From assembly GCA_020629965.1 (NCBI GenBank), contig JAHDCG010000054.1:1-37394 (forward strand): a stretch of DNA of 37,394 nt. Direction: 5' to 3'. This document shows positions 8,572 to 16,337 of this stretch, one piece after another (position 1 is the first letter of the stretch; each line of letters opens with the position of its first letter). The DNA is from Saprospiraceae bacterium. GTDB lineage: Bacteria > Bacteroidota > Bacteroidia > Chitinophagales > Saprospiraceae. Position numbers and translations under genes: made by a program. The notes under the pieces were generated by a model. The model made no database searches. It was not told the origin of the DNA and was given only the letters and a program-made list of their open reading frames with translations.

Positions 8572-9573
8572 TTGGCAGAACAAAACTTTGTAGATTACGT
8601 CAGAATCAATACCCGCTCCGGTAAAGGCGGCGGCGGCTCGACGCACTTGCTGCGCGACCGCAACACCTCGAAGGGCGGCCCTGACGGCGGGGACGGCGGA
8701 CGCGGCGGTCACGTCATCCTGCGCGGCAGCACACACGTGTGGACGCTCCTGCCCTTCCGCTGGCGCAAGCACGTCATTGCGGGCGACGGCGGACACGGCT
8801 CGGGCAGTCACTCGCAGGGCAAAGCTGGCGAAGATGTCATTATGGACGTGCCGCTGGGTACGATTATCAAAGACCCCGAAACGGAGGAAGTTTTGGGTGA
8901 AATTACGGAGGAAGGCGAGATTTTTGTCATTGCCAAAGGCGGTCGCGGCGGTCTCGGAAATGCTAATTTTAAGTCCTCGACTTTACAGACCCCGCGCTTT
9001 GCGCAGCCGGGTGAAGAGGGCGTGGAACACTGGCGCATTTTAGAGCTGAAAGTCTTGGCGGATGTGGGTTTGGTGGGCTTTCCGAATGCCGGAAAGTCAA
9101 CGCTGCTCTCGGTTATGACGGCGGCAAAACCGAAAATCGGGGCTTATCCGTTTACGACGATTATCCCGAATTTGGGCATTGTCAAATACCGCGATACGCG
9201 CTCTTTTGTTATTGCCGACATTCCCGGCATCATCGAAAATGCACACGAAGGCAAAGGTCTCGGGCACCGCTTTTTGCGACACATCGAACGCAACGCGACG
9301 CTGCTTTTTATGATTCCCGCCGACACGGATTCGATTAAAAAGGAATACGAAATTCTACTGCACGAATTGGAAATGTACAACCCCGAATTGCTCGACAAAC
9401 CACGCATTTTGGCCATCACCAAAAGCGACTTGGTGGACGAAGAATTGAAAGAATTAATGCAACCCGACATCCCGAAAGATGTGCCGCACCTGTTCATTTC
9501 CGCCGTAGCGCAGAAAGGGCTGACGGAGTTGAAGGATTTGCTTTGGGAAACGATAAATGACGGTGGACGGTAG
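8572..9573 (+). CDS. obg: Obg-family GTPase (short form lacking a C-terminal OCT domain)
   Basis: Gly-rich Obg N-domain ([19 protein letters not shown]..., [14 protein letters not shown]). It is followed by G1 [10 protein letters not shown]3 DIPG and G4 TKSD motifs. Length 333 aa. Confidence 0.85.
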   Translation: MAEQNFVDYVRINTRSGKGGGGSTHLLRDRNTSKGGPDGGDGGRGGHVILRGSTHVWTLLPFRWRKHVIAGDGGHGSGSHSQGKAGEDVIMDVPLGTIIKDPETEEVLGEITEEGEIFVIAKGGRGGLGNANFKSSTLQTPRFAQPGEEGVEHWRILELKVLADVGLVGFPNAGKSTLLSVMTAAKPKIGAYPFTTIIPNLGIVKYRDTRSFVIADIPGIIENAHEGKGLGHRFLRHIERNATLLFMIPADTDSIKKEYEILLHELEMYNPELLDKPRILAITKSDLVDEELKELMQPDIPKDVPHLFISAVAQKGLTELKDLLWETINDGGR

Positions 9574-9749
9574 AGGGTTGACGGTTGACGGGGGCACTCT
9601 TCTTGAGAGTATTTGACTTCTTTGCTTTTGGCAATTTCTCCTAATCTATAACTTTATAAGCATAGCACGTAGAGTTGTAAATTCAATCATCATCAAGAAC
9701 CAACCTCCGTCCACCGTCCGCCTTTCACCGTCCACCGAAAAACAAAATC

Positions 9750-11417
9750 ATGTCAAAAAAACCGATAATTTTCTCCATCGACGACGACCCGCAGGTATTG
9801 CGGGCGGTGCGCCGCGATTTGCGCTCGGAGTACAAAGAAGACTACCGCATTGTTTCGACCGAGAGTGCGAAAGATGCTTTGGAAACGCTGAAAGAATTGA
9901 AAAAGAAGGGGGAAGATATTGCCCTTTTTCTCTCCGACCAACGCATGCCCGAAATGCTCGGCGTCGATTTTTTGGCGGAAGCGCAAAAGATTTTTCCCGA
10001 TGCCAAGCAGGTTTTACTGACCGCTTATTCGGATACGGATGCGGCAATAAAAGGCATTAACGATGCCAAGCTGGATTATTATCTGGTCAAGCCGTGGGAC
10101 CCGCCGGAGGAAAAGATGTTTCCCGTGCTGAATGATTTGCTGGACGAATGGCACATTTCGCACCGCTCGGTTTTTCAGGGGATTCGGGTTATCGGTTTTC
10201 AGTATTCGCCCAAATCACACGCGATAAAAGACTTTTTGGCGGGCAATCTGCGTCCTTATCAGTGGCTCGACATCGAACGCAGTACGGAGGCGGAAGAGCT
10301 GGTCGAGTTGCACGGTCTGAAGAAAAACGACATGCCGATTGTCACCTTTGAGGACGGTACTTGCATGCACGACCCGACGCTCGCGGAGTTGGCAAAAAAA
10401 GTAGGATTAAACGCCGAGGCGCAGTCCGATTTATACGACGTCGCCATCATCGGCGCGGGTCCGGCGGGACTGGCGGCGGGCGTGTACGGCGGCTCGGAGG
10501 GTTTGAAAACCTTAGTCATCGAAGCCAACCGACCGGGCGGACAGGCGGGCACTTCCTCGCGCATTGAAAACTATTTGGGCTTTCCGAAAGGGCTGAGCGG
10601 TGCGGAACTGACGCGGCGGGCACTCTCGCAGGCGCAGCGTTTCGGCATTGAATTTTTATCGCCGCAACTGGTCAACGATATACAGCACGAGGGCAATCTG
10701 AAAGTCGTTAAACTCAAAGACGGCAGCGAAGTCAAGACCAAAGCCGTCATCATCGCCACCGGGGTGCAATACCGCAAACTCAACGCCCCGGGCGTCGAGG
10801 ACTTCACGGGCCGCGGTGTCTATTACGGAGCCGCCATGACCGAGGCCAACGCCTGCCGCGACCAAATCGTCTATGTCGTAGGCGGCGGCAACTCGGCGGG
10901 ACAGGGCGCGGTTTATCTTTCCAAATACGCCAAAGAGGTAAAAATTCTCATTCGCAAGCCCGATTTGACCTCCTCCATGTCCTCTTACCTCATCGACCAA
11001 ATCGACTCCATCGACAACATCGAGGTCATGGGCGGCAAGGAAGTCAAAGAGGTTTTCGGCACAGACCACATCGAAGAACTCTGCCTCGCCGACAGCAACG
11101 ACCCGGACAGCTACGGCAAGGTGCGCGCCGACGCGCTCTTCATTTTTATCGGTGCCAAACCCTCGACGGAATGGATTGGCGACGCGATGTACCGCGACGA
11201 AAAAGGCTACTTGGAAACGGGCAGAGATTTGAGTCGCCACAAGTTATTCAAAAAAGGCTGGCGCATCGAACGCGAACCCTTTCTGCTCGAAACCTGCGTC
11301 CCCGGTGTCTTTGCGGCGGGCGATGTACGCTCGGGCGCCATGAACCGCGTGGCGAGTGCCGTGGGCGAAGGAGCAATGGCGATTAAGTTTGTGCACGAGT
11401 ATTTGGGGACGATATGA
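9750..11417 (+). CDS. Three-domain protein: CheY-like receiver + Cys-less glutaredoxin-like domain + thioredoxin-reductase-fold FAD/NAD(P) oxidoreductase lacking the CXXC redox disulfide
   Basis: Residues 1-125 carry receiver hallmarks (IFSIDDDPQVL..., LFLSDQRMPEMLG, ...LVKP). Residues ~150-225 show a glutaredoxin fold with CPYC replaced by SPKS and a conserved cis-Pro (MPIVTFEDG). Residues ~230-555 are TrxR-like: FAD GxGxxG in VAIIGAGPAGLAAGVYG, NAD(P) GGGNSAGQGAVYLS, and C-terminal GVFAAGDV. In place of the TrxR CATC active site the sequence reads GAAMTEANACRDQ. Confidence 0.85.
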   Translation: MSKKPIIFSIDDDPQVLRAVRRDLRSEYKEDYRIVSTESAKDALETLKELKKKGEDIALFLSDQRMPEMLGVDFLAEAQKIFPDAKQVLLTAYSDTDAAIKGINDAKLDYYLVKPWDPPEEKMFPVLNDLLDEWHISHRSVFQGIRVIGFQYSPKSHAIKDFLAGNLRPYQWLDIERSTEAEELVELHGLKKNDMPIVTFEDGTCMHDPTLAELAKKVGLNAEAQSDLYDVAIIGAGPAGLAAGVYGGSEGLKTLVIEANRPGGQAGTSSRIENYLGFPKGLSGAELTRRALSQAQRFGIEFLSPQLVNDIQHEGNLKVVKLKDGSEVKTKAVIIATGVQYRKLNAPGVEDFTGRGVYYGAAMTEANACRDQIVYVVGGGNSAGQGAVYLSKYAKEVKILIRKPDLTSSMSSYLIDQIDSIDNIEVMGGKEVKEVFGTDHIEELCLADSNDPDSYGKVRADALFIFIGAKPSTEWIGDAMYRDEKGYLETGRDLSRHKLFKKGWRIEREPFLLETCVPGVFAAGDVRSGAMNRVASAVGEGAMAIKFVHEYLGTI

Positions 11418-11426
11418 GGGGGTTGA

Positions 11427-11475
11427 GTGAGGCTTACTAACCTTTCGGAAGGTTAGTAAGCCTCACAGATTTTTC
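11427..11475 (+). terminator. Rho-independent terminator (18-bp perfect stem, loop tcgg, T-run) directly after the REC-TrxR-like gene; also module A of a BOX-like modular repeat
   Basis: Stem gtgaggcttactaacctt, loop tcgg, stem aaggttagtaagcctcac, followed by agattttt. Confidence 0.65.
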
Positions 11476-11612
11476 GATAGCCCATCGACTAAATTCGATG
11501 CTACGGCACAACCACCTCTTCCTAAAACTTACTCAGTTGGCGCGTGGTTTTACCTCGTGCCGTTCATTACCCCTTGAGAGGCAGGCAAGGCGAGAACCTC
11601 GCGCGAACGTGT
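11427..11612. repeat. Left modular repeat block (sub-elements A 11427-11466, B 11476-11519, C 11534-11568, D 11570-11609) 5' of the AT-rich gene
   Basis: Each sub-element reappears at 85-95% identity on the other side of the gene in the order C, insert, D, A, B (12388-12658). Confidence 0.75.
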
Positions 11613-11629
11613 TAACTTAATTCCATACA

Positions 11630-12367
11630 TTATTTCGCTTTTTGAACATCACGCATAAATTTTCTCCTTTTTTCGAAAAAATCATTTGTTTTCTTTCTGC
11701 CCAAAAACCATTGTTCTTCCGTAAACTCAAAAATTTCAACATCACTTTTTCTTTCGGGAGGAAAATCCTCTTCGTCATATACGGGATTCGATAAATAAAC
11801 TCTGAAACCTATAGTAGTATGAGATTCTCCCCATAACATTCCTTCATCGGGAAAGATATAGTTCCCAATCTTTTCTGCTTTAATTCTTCTCAAACAGTTT
11901 TCTACACGATTAGAATTAATAATTGCTAAATCAATTTGATACTCTTTATCATCTTTCACAGGTAGTACAAAATCACTGTGGACACCTATACTAATTTCGT
12001 AAATAGTTAAATCCAAATGTAAGATTATAAGTTTTTCCTCCAATTTTTCGCTTAGCTTAGTATTTGTATCACCAAATAAAAGTAAATATTTCAAGTTTTC
12101 ATTACAAATTGACTCATCCATCAAAGATTTAATAAAATTATCTTCTGATATAAAAATCTCCTGTCTTGGTGCCGGATGAAAACTAGCATGCACTTTGTTG
12201 AGAAAGAATAGCTCGCACTCTTTTAAAATTTTTAAAACTTCTATAAGGATTTCAATTCTCTTCTTGACGTCATGTATGGTATTTTTTCTTTTGAAACCTT
12301 GACTATAAAAATCCTTATCCTTTAAGTCAATAGTCCATACTCCAAGAGCCTCGTTATATTTTTTCAT
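11630..12367 (-). CDS. Hypothetical protein (245 aa), strongly AT-rich relative to the surrounding DNA; probable horizontally acquired cargo gene
   Basis: Long uninterrupted ORF on the minus strand. By eye its GC is about 30% against 55-60% in the flanks. It is bracketed by homologous repeat modules. No recognisable catalytic motif. Confidence 0.6.
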   Translation of the reverse strand: MKKYNEALGVWTIDLKDKDFYSQGFKRKNTIHDVKKRIEILIEVLKILKECELFFLNKVHASFHPAPRQEIFISEDNFIKSLMDESICNENLKYLLLFGDTNTKLSEKLEEKLIILHLDLTIYEISIGVHSDFVLPVKDDKEYQIDLAIINSNRVENCLRRIKAEKIGNYIFPDEGMLWGESHTTIGFRVYLSNPVYDEEDFPPERKSDVEIFEFTEEQWFLGRKKTNDFFEKRRKFMRDVQKAK

Positions 12368-12387
12368 TCAACTATCTATTTAAGAAT

Positions 12388-12658
12388 CAGTTGGCGCGTG
12401 GTTTTACCTCGTGCCTTTCACTTTCCCGTCTCCGGCGGATTTTGAATACAGATATTAATTCTGCTTTTACCTTTCCGCCGGAGGCGGGCTAATGTATCAC
12501 ACCTTGAGAGGCAGGCGAGGCAAGAGCCTCGCGCGAACGGTTTGAGTTCAAGACTTACTAACCTTCCGAAAGGTTAGTAGGCCTCACGCCGGCCGATACT
12601 TATTCGGTTTCCCGGATAGCCCATCGACTAAAGTCGATGCTACGGCACAGCCACCTCT
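12388..12658. repeat. Right modular repeat block (C 12388-12421, unique hairpin insert 12422-12500, D 12502-12540, A 12552-12587, B 12614-12658)
   Basis: Direct-orientation homologues of the left block. The insert carries a 14-bp imperfect inverted repeat (ccgtctccggcgga ... tccgccggaggcgg) around an AT-rich 38-nt loop. Confidence 0.75.
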
Positions 12659-12670
12659 CCCCTCAAACCC

Positions 12671-14110
12671 CTACCCATCCGAAGCCCGAATCTTAGTACT
12701 CCGCTGTATCCAGCACGGCACAAAGTAAGTGTCGCCGACCTTTAGACTGCGGATGAATATGTCCTCTTTGCTCGGCATGTACTGCGAGTATTGATTGATA
12801 AATTTATTCGCTTCGGCCGCCGAGGAGGGGTCGATGCTTTTGGCTTTGTACCACATATCCAGTGCCGTCCAAACGACGACCTGACTGTTCCAGCCGCGCC
12901 CCGAGCCGCACAACGGGCCGGAGGAAGCGTACATTCTGCCGATGAGCAGATAGGGTTCGCCCCAACCGCCTTTGAGGTCAGCGGCTTCCAGTGCGTAGCG
13001 TCGCGCCTGACTGAAGTTTTTCAGGTGAGCGTAGTAGATTTTGGCGACGAGCATGGTGTATTTAGCTTTCTTTTCGGGGTCGGTTTCGTCGGCAGCTTTG
13101 GTTTTGAAGCAATCCAAGGCCTCGGTGTAATTTGCGTCGCGCAATAGGTCATAGCAAGGATTTTGCGCTACGCGGCAGTCCGTTTGGTATTTTTGGTAAA
13201 TCTCGTTGTACTCCGGCGAGTTAGCTTCCGTGCAGCCGCCGAATTTCAGACGACTCAACACCGTCAGCACATTATCGCAGTCACCGGGACTGGCTTGGTA
13301 CTCCGGGTAGTATTTTTCCGTGAAATAAGCACAGTCGTAAAAGCCTTTAACGCGCTCGAAATATTCCAATCGCTCGGGCAGATAACCTTTGATTTCTTTG
13401 TACAAATCACAGTCCGAGCCTTTGCACTCTTCGGTTTGCTTTTTGAGTGCATCGTTCAGCATTTGCACGTACTTTTTGGCTTCTTCGTCCGTAATTTTTT
13501 CCTCGTAGTGCATATCGACGAGCAGGGCACCGAAGGGATTCATGATGAAGTACGGCATGTCGTCTCCGCCCTTTTCGGCGGCTGTGCGCAGCAGTTCGAA
13601 GGTCTCTTCTTTGCTGCTGCGGTTGGGATATTTATAAAACAAATCGAAGCCTTTGCGTGCGCCGGCGTAGTTTTCCGCGCCCGGGTAGCAGCGTTCCGTC
13701 TCGTCGTACAGCTTAAATATTTCGTCGATGTACTCGTTTATTTTCGTGCTGTCCTGCGTCTGACTGATGAAAACTTCGTAAAAATAAATCCCGTCCAAAT
13801 AGACCGTATTGCGCTGACCGTCGGCGGCGGGGGCTTTTTCGTACACCGTTTTCCAGCGTTTAAAAGCCTCTTCAATTTCATCGTTTTTCAGCATATCTCG
13901 GTAAATGACGTACTGATTTTCGGTATCGTCTTTCTCTTGATACGGCAAATCCTGAAACTTCTTACACGGACTCAAATCGGTCGGCGGCGGGGTCGGCGGG
14001 GTCGGTGTTTGGGTGACCGGTTCGGTGACCGTCTTCGGAGTTTTCGGAGTGCAGGAAAAGGCGAAAATTGCCAAAAGAAGGGCGGCGAAGAGTTTGCTTT
14101 GGAATGTCAT
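12671..14110 (-). CDS. Lipoprotein with helical/TPR-like repeats, function unknown
   Basis: Signal peptide plus lipobox (LLLAIFAFSC). Pro/Thr-rich linker PTPPTPPPTD. Many Cys pairs and a helical-repeat composition. The opposite-strand ORF 13163-14182 has typical antisense V/F/L/R-rich junk composition. Confidence 0.7.
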   Translation of the reverse strand: MTFQSKLFAALLLAIFAFSCTPKTPKTVTEPVTQTPTPPTPPPTDLSPCKKFQDLPYQEKDDTENQYVIYRDMLKNDEIEEAFKRWKTVYEKAPAADGQRNTVYLDGIYFYEVFISQTQDSTKINEYIDEIFKLYDETERCYPGAENYAGARKGFDLFYKYPNRSSKEETFELLRTAAEKGGDDMPYFIMNPFGALLVDMHYEEKITDEEAKKYVQMLNDALKKQTEECKGSDCDLYKEIKGYLPERLEYFERVKGFYDCAYFTEKYYPEYQASPGDCDNVLTVLSRLKFGGCTEANSPEYNEIYQKYQTDCRVAQNPCYDLLRDANYTEALDCFKTKAADETDPEKKAKYTMLVAKIYYAHLKNFSQARRYALEAADLKGGWGEPYLLIGRMYASSGPLCGSGRGWNSQVVVWTALDMWYKAKSIDPSSAAEANKFINQYSQYMPSKEDIFIRSLKVGDTYFVPCWIQRSTKIRASDG

Positions 14111-14348
14111 GTTTACGCGGTTTGGTTAGTTAAAAAAAGTTGTCTGTGCATTTATAACCCGAAAGGGCGGTCGTTTGCTTGATAAAGGTAAGAGAAAATC
14201 GGGAAACGGGTTTGGGAGATACCGGTAAAATTTTTGAGAAGGTATCATTTCGGGCGTTTATATAGTCCGTCTTTTACCAAACATCCGCCCCCCTCCCCCG
14301 TTTCACCTCTAAATCCTATTTTCTTTCATCGCTCAAAAACAAACAACA

Positions 14349-14465
14349 ATGAACAATCTTTTTCGAGGACTTATAGCCGGCTACGGCGCAAAAAAATTAG
14401 GCGGCGGTTGCTTTAGTACCATTTTGGTTTTTATCATCATTTGGGTACTTTTAGGCGGCTGCTAA
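14349..14465 (+). CDS. Possible small membrane protein (38 aa: MNNLFRGLIAGYGAKKLGGGCFSTILVFIIIWVLLGGC)
   Basis: ATG sits behind an A/C-rich leader. One predicted TM helix. A hairpin plus T-run terminator lies about 45 nt downstream (14509-14538). Too short for the ORF track. Confidence 0.35.
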   Translation: MNNLFRGLIAGYGAKKLGGGCFSTILVFIIIWVLLGGC

Positions 14466-14508
14466 AAATACAGCTGTATCGACTATCGTCGGTATGTCTT
14501 GTCCCTAC

Positions 14509-14538
14509 GGTGTCGATTTGCTTCGACACCGTTTTTTA
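14509..14538 (+). terminator. Putative intrinsic terminator (ggtgtcga-tttgct-tcgacacc + gttttttatttc)
   Basis: 8-bp GC-containing stem followed by a T-run, downstream of the small ORF. Confidence 0.5.
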
Positions 14539-14597
14539 TTTCTACTCCCGAAATCTCCATCCTCCTTACAAAACATAAGCACTCGCCTCTCAACGAT

Positions 14598-15200
14598 TCA
14601 ACAACTCAACAACTCAACACTTTCAAACGCCCGAAAAGTCACCGAAATTCTCCTTCCCGTGTATTTCTTCGTCGCCGGCACTTCGTGCGTAAACGCTTGA
14701 TTTACCGCGTAAGGCATTACGAAAACCGCCCCGTTTTCCGCTCCGAAATCCCGAAAACCCTTCCCGCCGTAAGGTCGCAGCCGAAAGGCGCGAAAATCTC
14801 CTAACGATACCGTTACTATCGGCGCGCCCGCAATCATATTTTTGGTGCTGTCGCGGTGCTTACCGATGTAGTGCCCTTTTTGTCCGTCGTACCAATTCAG
14901 CAGCAGCCCGTTCAGTCGCTCGTCGATATTTTCCTTGACCCAAACGTGCAGTTTTTCCAAAATTTCCGGAACGGGTAAAGCCGCATTGACGCGCCCCGTG
15001 TAAGCATAATTACGCCCGTAAGCCTGCTGCCAACGCGGCGTCAGCACTTCCTTGCCGTGCATCATAATCACATGATAATCAGCGGGATGTAAATTCCAAA
15101 TTTCAGCAAAAGGTAAATTTTGCAGTAGCCGGGCGGGTAATTCTCCCGTGTAAAAACAGTGTCCTTCGGACAGTTCGTGCGCGGTAAAGTGTTTGTACAT
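14598..15200 (-). CDS. alkB: AlkB-family Fe(II)/2-oxoglutarate-dependent dioxygenase (alkylated DNA/RNA repair)
   Basis: HxD...H iron triad in YIGKHRDS and FTHEVP. 2OG-binding RxS/T-x-T-x-R in RRISVTFR. Length 200 aa. Confidence 0.8.
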   Translation of the reverse strand: MYKHFTAHELSEGHCFYTGELPARLLQNLPFAEIWNLHPADYHVIMMHGKEVLTPRWQQAYGRNYAYTGRVNAALPVPEILEKLHVWVKENIDERLNGLLLNWYDGQKGHYIGKHRDSTKNMIAGAPIVTVSLGDFRAFRLRPYGGKGFRDFGAENGAVFVMPYAVNQAFTHEVPATKKYTGRRISVTFRAFESVELLSC

Positions 15201-15242
15201 GCTAAGATTTGATTGATGATTGGTTGGAAAATATTCCTGACA

Positions 15243-15437
15243 TTAATTGTTTTTTCGTCGAGTCAAATTATCACTAAAAAAATCAGAAAAAATTTTCTTA
15301 CATTCATTTTTTCTCCGTTCGTCCTTGGCGAGGGTAAGATAATGCTTTTCTTTACGATAAGATAACGATTCGACTTTCCGATACAGTTTTTTCCGTTCAT
15401 CGTATTTCTCACGATTTTCATCGGATAAATTTGTCAA
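15243..15437 (-). CDS. Possible small basic protein (64 aa) upstream of alkB; weak call
   Basis: ORF only; Lys/Arg/Glu-rich; no motif. Confidence 0.2.
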   Translation of the reverse strand: MTNLSDENREKYDERKKLYRKVESLSYRKEKHYLTLAKDERRKNECKKIFSDFFSDNLTRRKNN

Positions 15438-15517
15438 GTCTTAAAAAAATGTGAATATTACGTTAACAAACGCGGGGTTAAAGGTATTGCGGTGTTTTCA
15501 AAAATCAACTTACACAA

Positions 15518-15596
15518 GGTACGGGGTACTTCTCTAATAAAAAAGACAGAATACTTCGGCATACTTTCGCATTTTGAAAAATAAGTACCCCGTACC
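15518..15596. promoter_or_regulatory. Perfect 14-bp inverted repeat (ggtacggggtactt ... aagtaccccgtacc) with a 51-nt spacer, 27 bp upstream of the nfeD-flotillin operon in the alkB/nfeD divergent promoter region
   Basis: Read directly. Its position suits an operator or a 5'-leader structure. Confidence 0.35.
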
Positions 15597-15622
15597 TCCT
15601 TAGAAGTGCAAAAAAACGAAAC

Positions 15623-16162
15623 ATGATACTCACATATTTAACCTACATATCTTTGGTAACAGGCGGCTTACTCATCCTGCTGATGCTGATTTCTTTAATC
15701 GGCGGCTTGGATTTAGACTTCGACCTCGGCGACACCGATATAGACACGGACGCCGGCGGACTCGGCGTTATCAAAGGCGGCTTGACCTTCATTTCCGTCA
15801 CTTCCTGGGTGATGAAATTGGTATGGGCAACGCAGGAAAGCCCGTGGATTGCTATCGCTATCGGCGTCTTCGCAGGCGCGGCAGCCCTGTGGTTATTGAG
15901 TTATCTGTTCAGATTACTGTTGAGCAATGAAGAAAACGTCAACTGGGAAATGACCGACGCCGTTTATCAAGAAGGCAAGGTTTACCTGCGCATTCCGACC
16001 GCCGGCGAGGGCATTGTCCGCGTAAAAGTTAAAGGTACGGAGCGCGAACTGAAAGCCAAAACCCGTCATAATCGAGAAATCAAAACCGGCGAAGTCATTC
16101 TGGTCACCGATACGGAAGGGGAATACGTGATTGTGGAACCGGTGGTGCGGAATGAGTTTTGA
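15623..16162 (+). CDS. NfeD-family membrane protein (short YuaF-like form with C-terminal OB-fold)
   Basis: Two N-terminal TM segments then a beta-rich soluble domain (GKVYLRIPTAGEGIVRVKVKGTERELKAKT...GEVILVTDTEGEYVIV). It sits immediately upstream of a flotillin gene, the conserved NfeD-SPFH pairing. Confidence 0.8.
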   Translation: MILTYLTYISLVTGGLLILLMLISLIGGLDLDFDLGDTDIDTDAGGLGVIKGGLTFISVTSWVMKLVWATQESPWIAIAIGVFAGAAALWLLSYLFRLLLSNEENVNWEMTDAVYQEGKVYLRIPTAGEGIVRVKVKGTERELKAKTRHNREIKTGEVILVTDTEGEYVIVEPVVRNEF

Positions 16163-16337
16163 AAGCGAGATGTTAGATTTTAGATTTTAGACGTTAGACT
16201 GCTTACGCCACCTAAAATACCACCGACACGATTGCCTCAAGGAGAAAAAACCAAAAACCAAAAATCAACTACACGGTCAAGAAAAAATCGACCGGCAACC
16301 ATCAACCATCAACTACCAACCATCAACTAACAAAATT

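Noticed and set aside
10656-11240. 194-aa minus-strand ORF inside the REC-TrxR-like gene; similar antisense ORFs at 16884-17690 (flotillin), 18312-18899 (670-aa gene), 34403-35104 (CotH), and many inside 20410-27891
   Set aside because: All are antisense to genes with strong motif support and have no motifs of their own.
11418-12670. Integron gene cassette / attC interpretation of the repeats flanking the AT-rich gene
   Set aside because: The hairpin modules do not show attC core sites (GTTRRRY / RYYYAAC; the closest is GTTAGTA, which fails the consensus). There is no intI or Pc-like context, and only one cassette. The modules look more like BOX/REP-type modular intergenic repeats. Kept as a mobile-cassette hypothesis only.
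13163-14182. 339-aa plus-strand ORF overlapping the lipoprotein gene
   Set aside because: The minus-strand frame has a signal peptide, lipobox and sensible composition. The plus-strand product (MRYAAVRLVFLVNLVVLRRVSF...) is low-complexity V/F/L/R junk.
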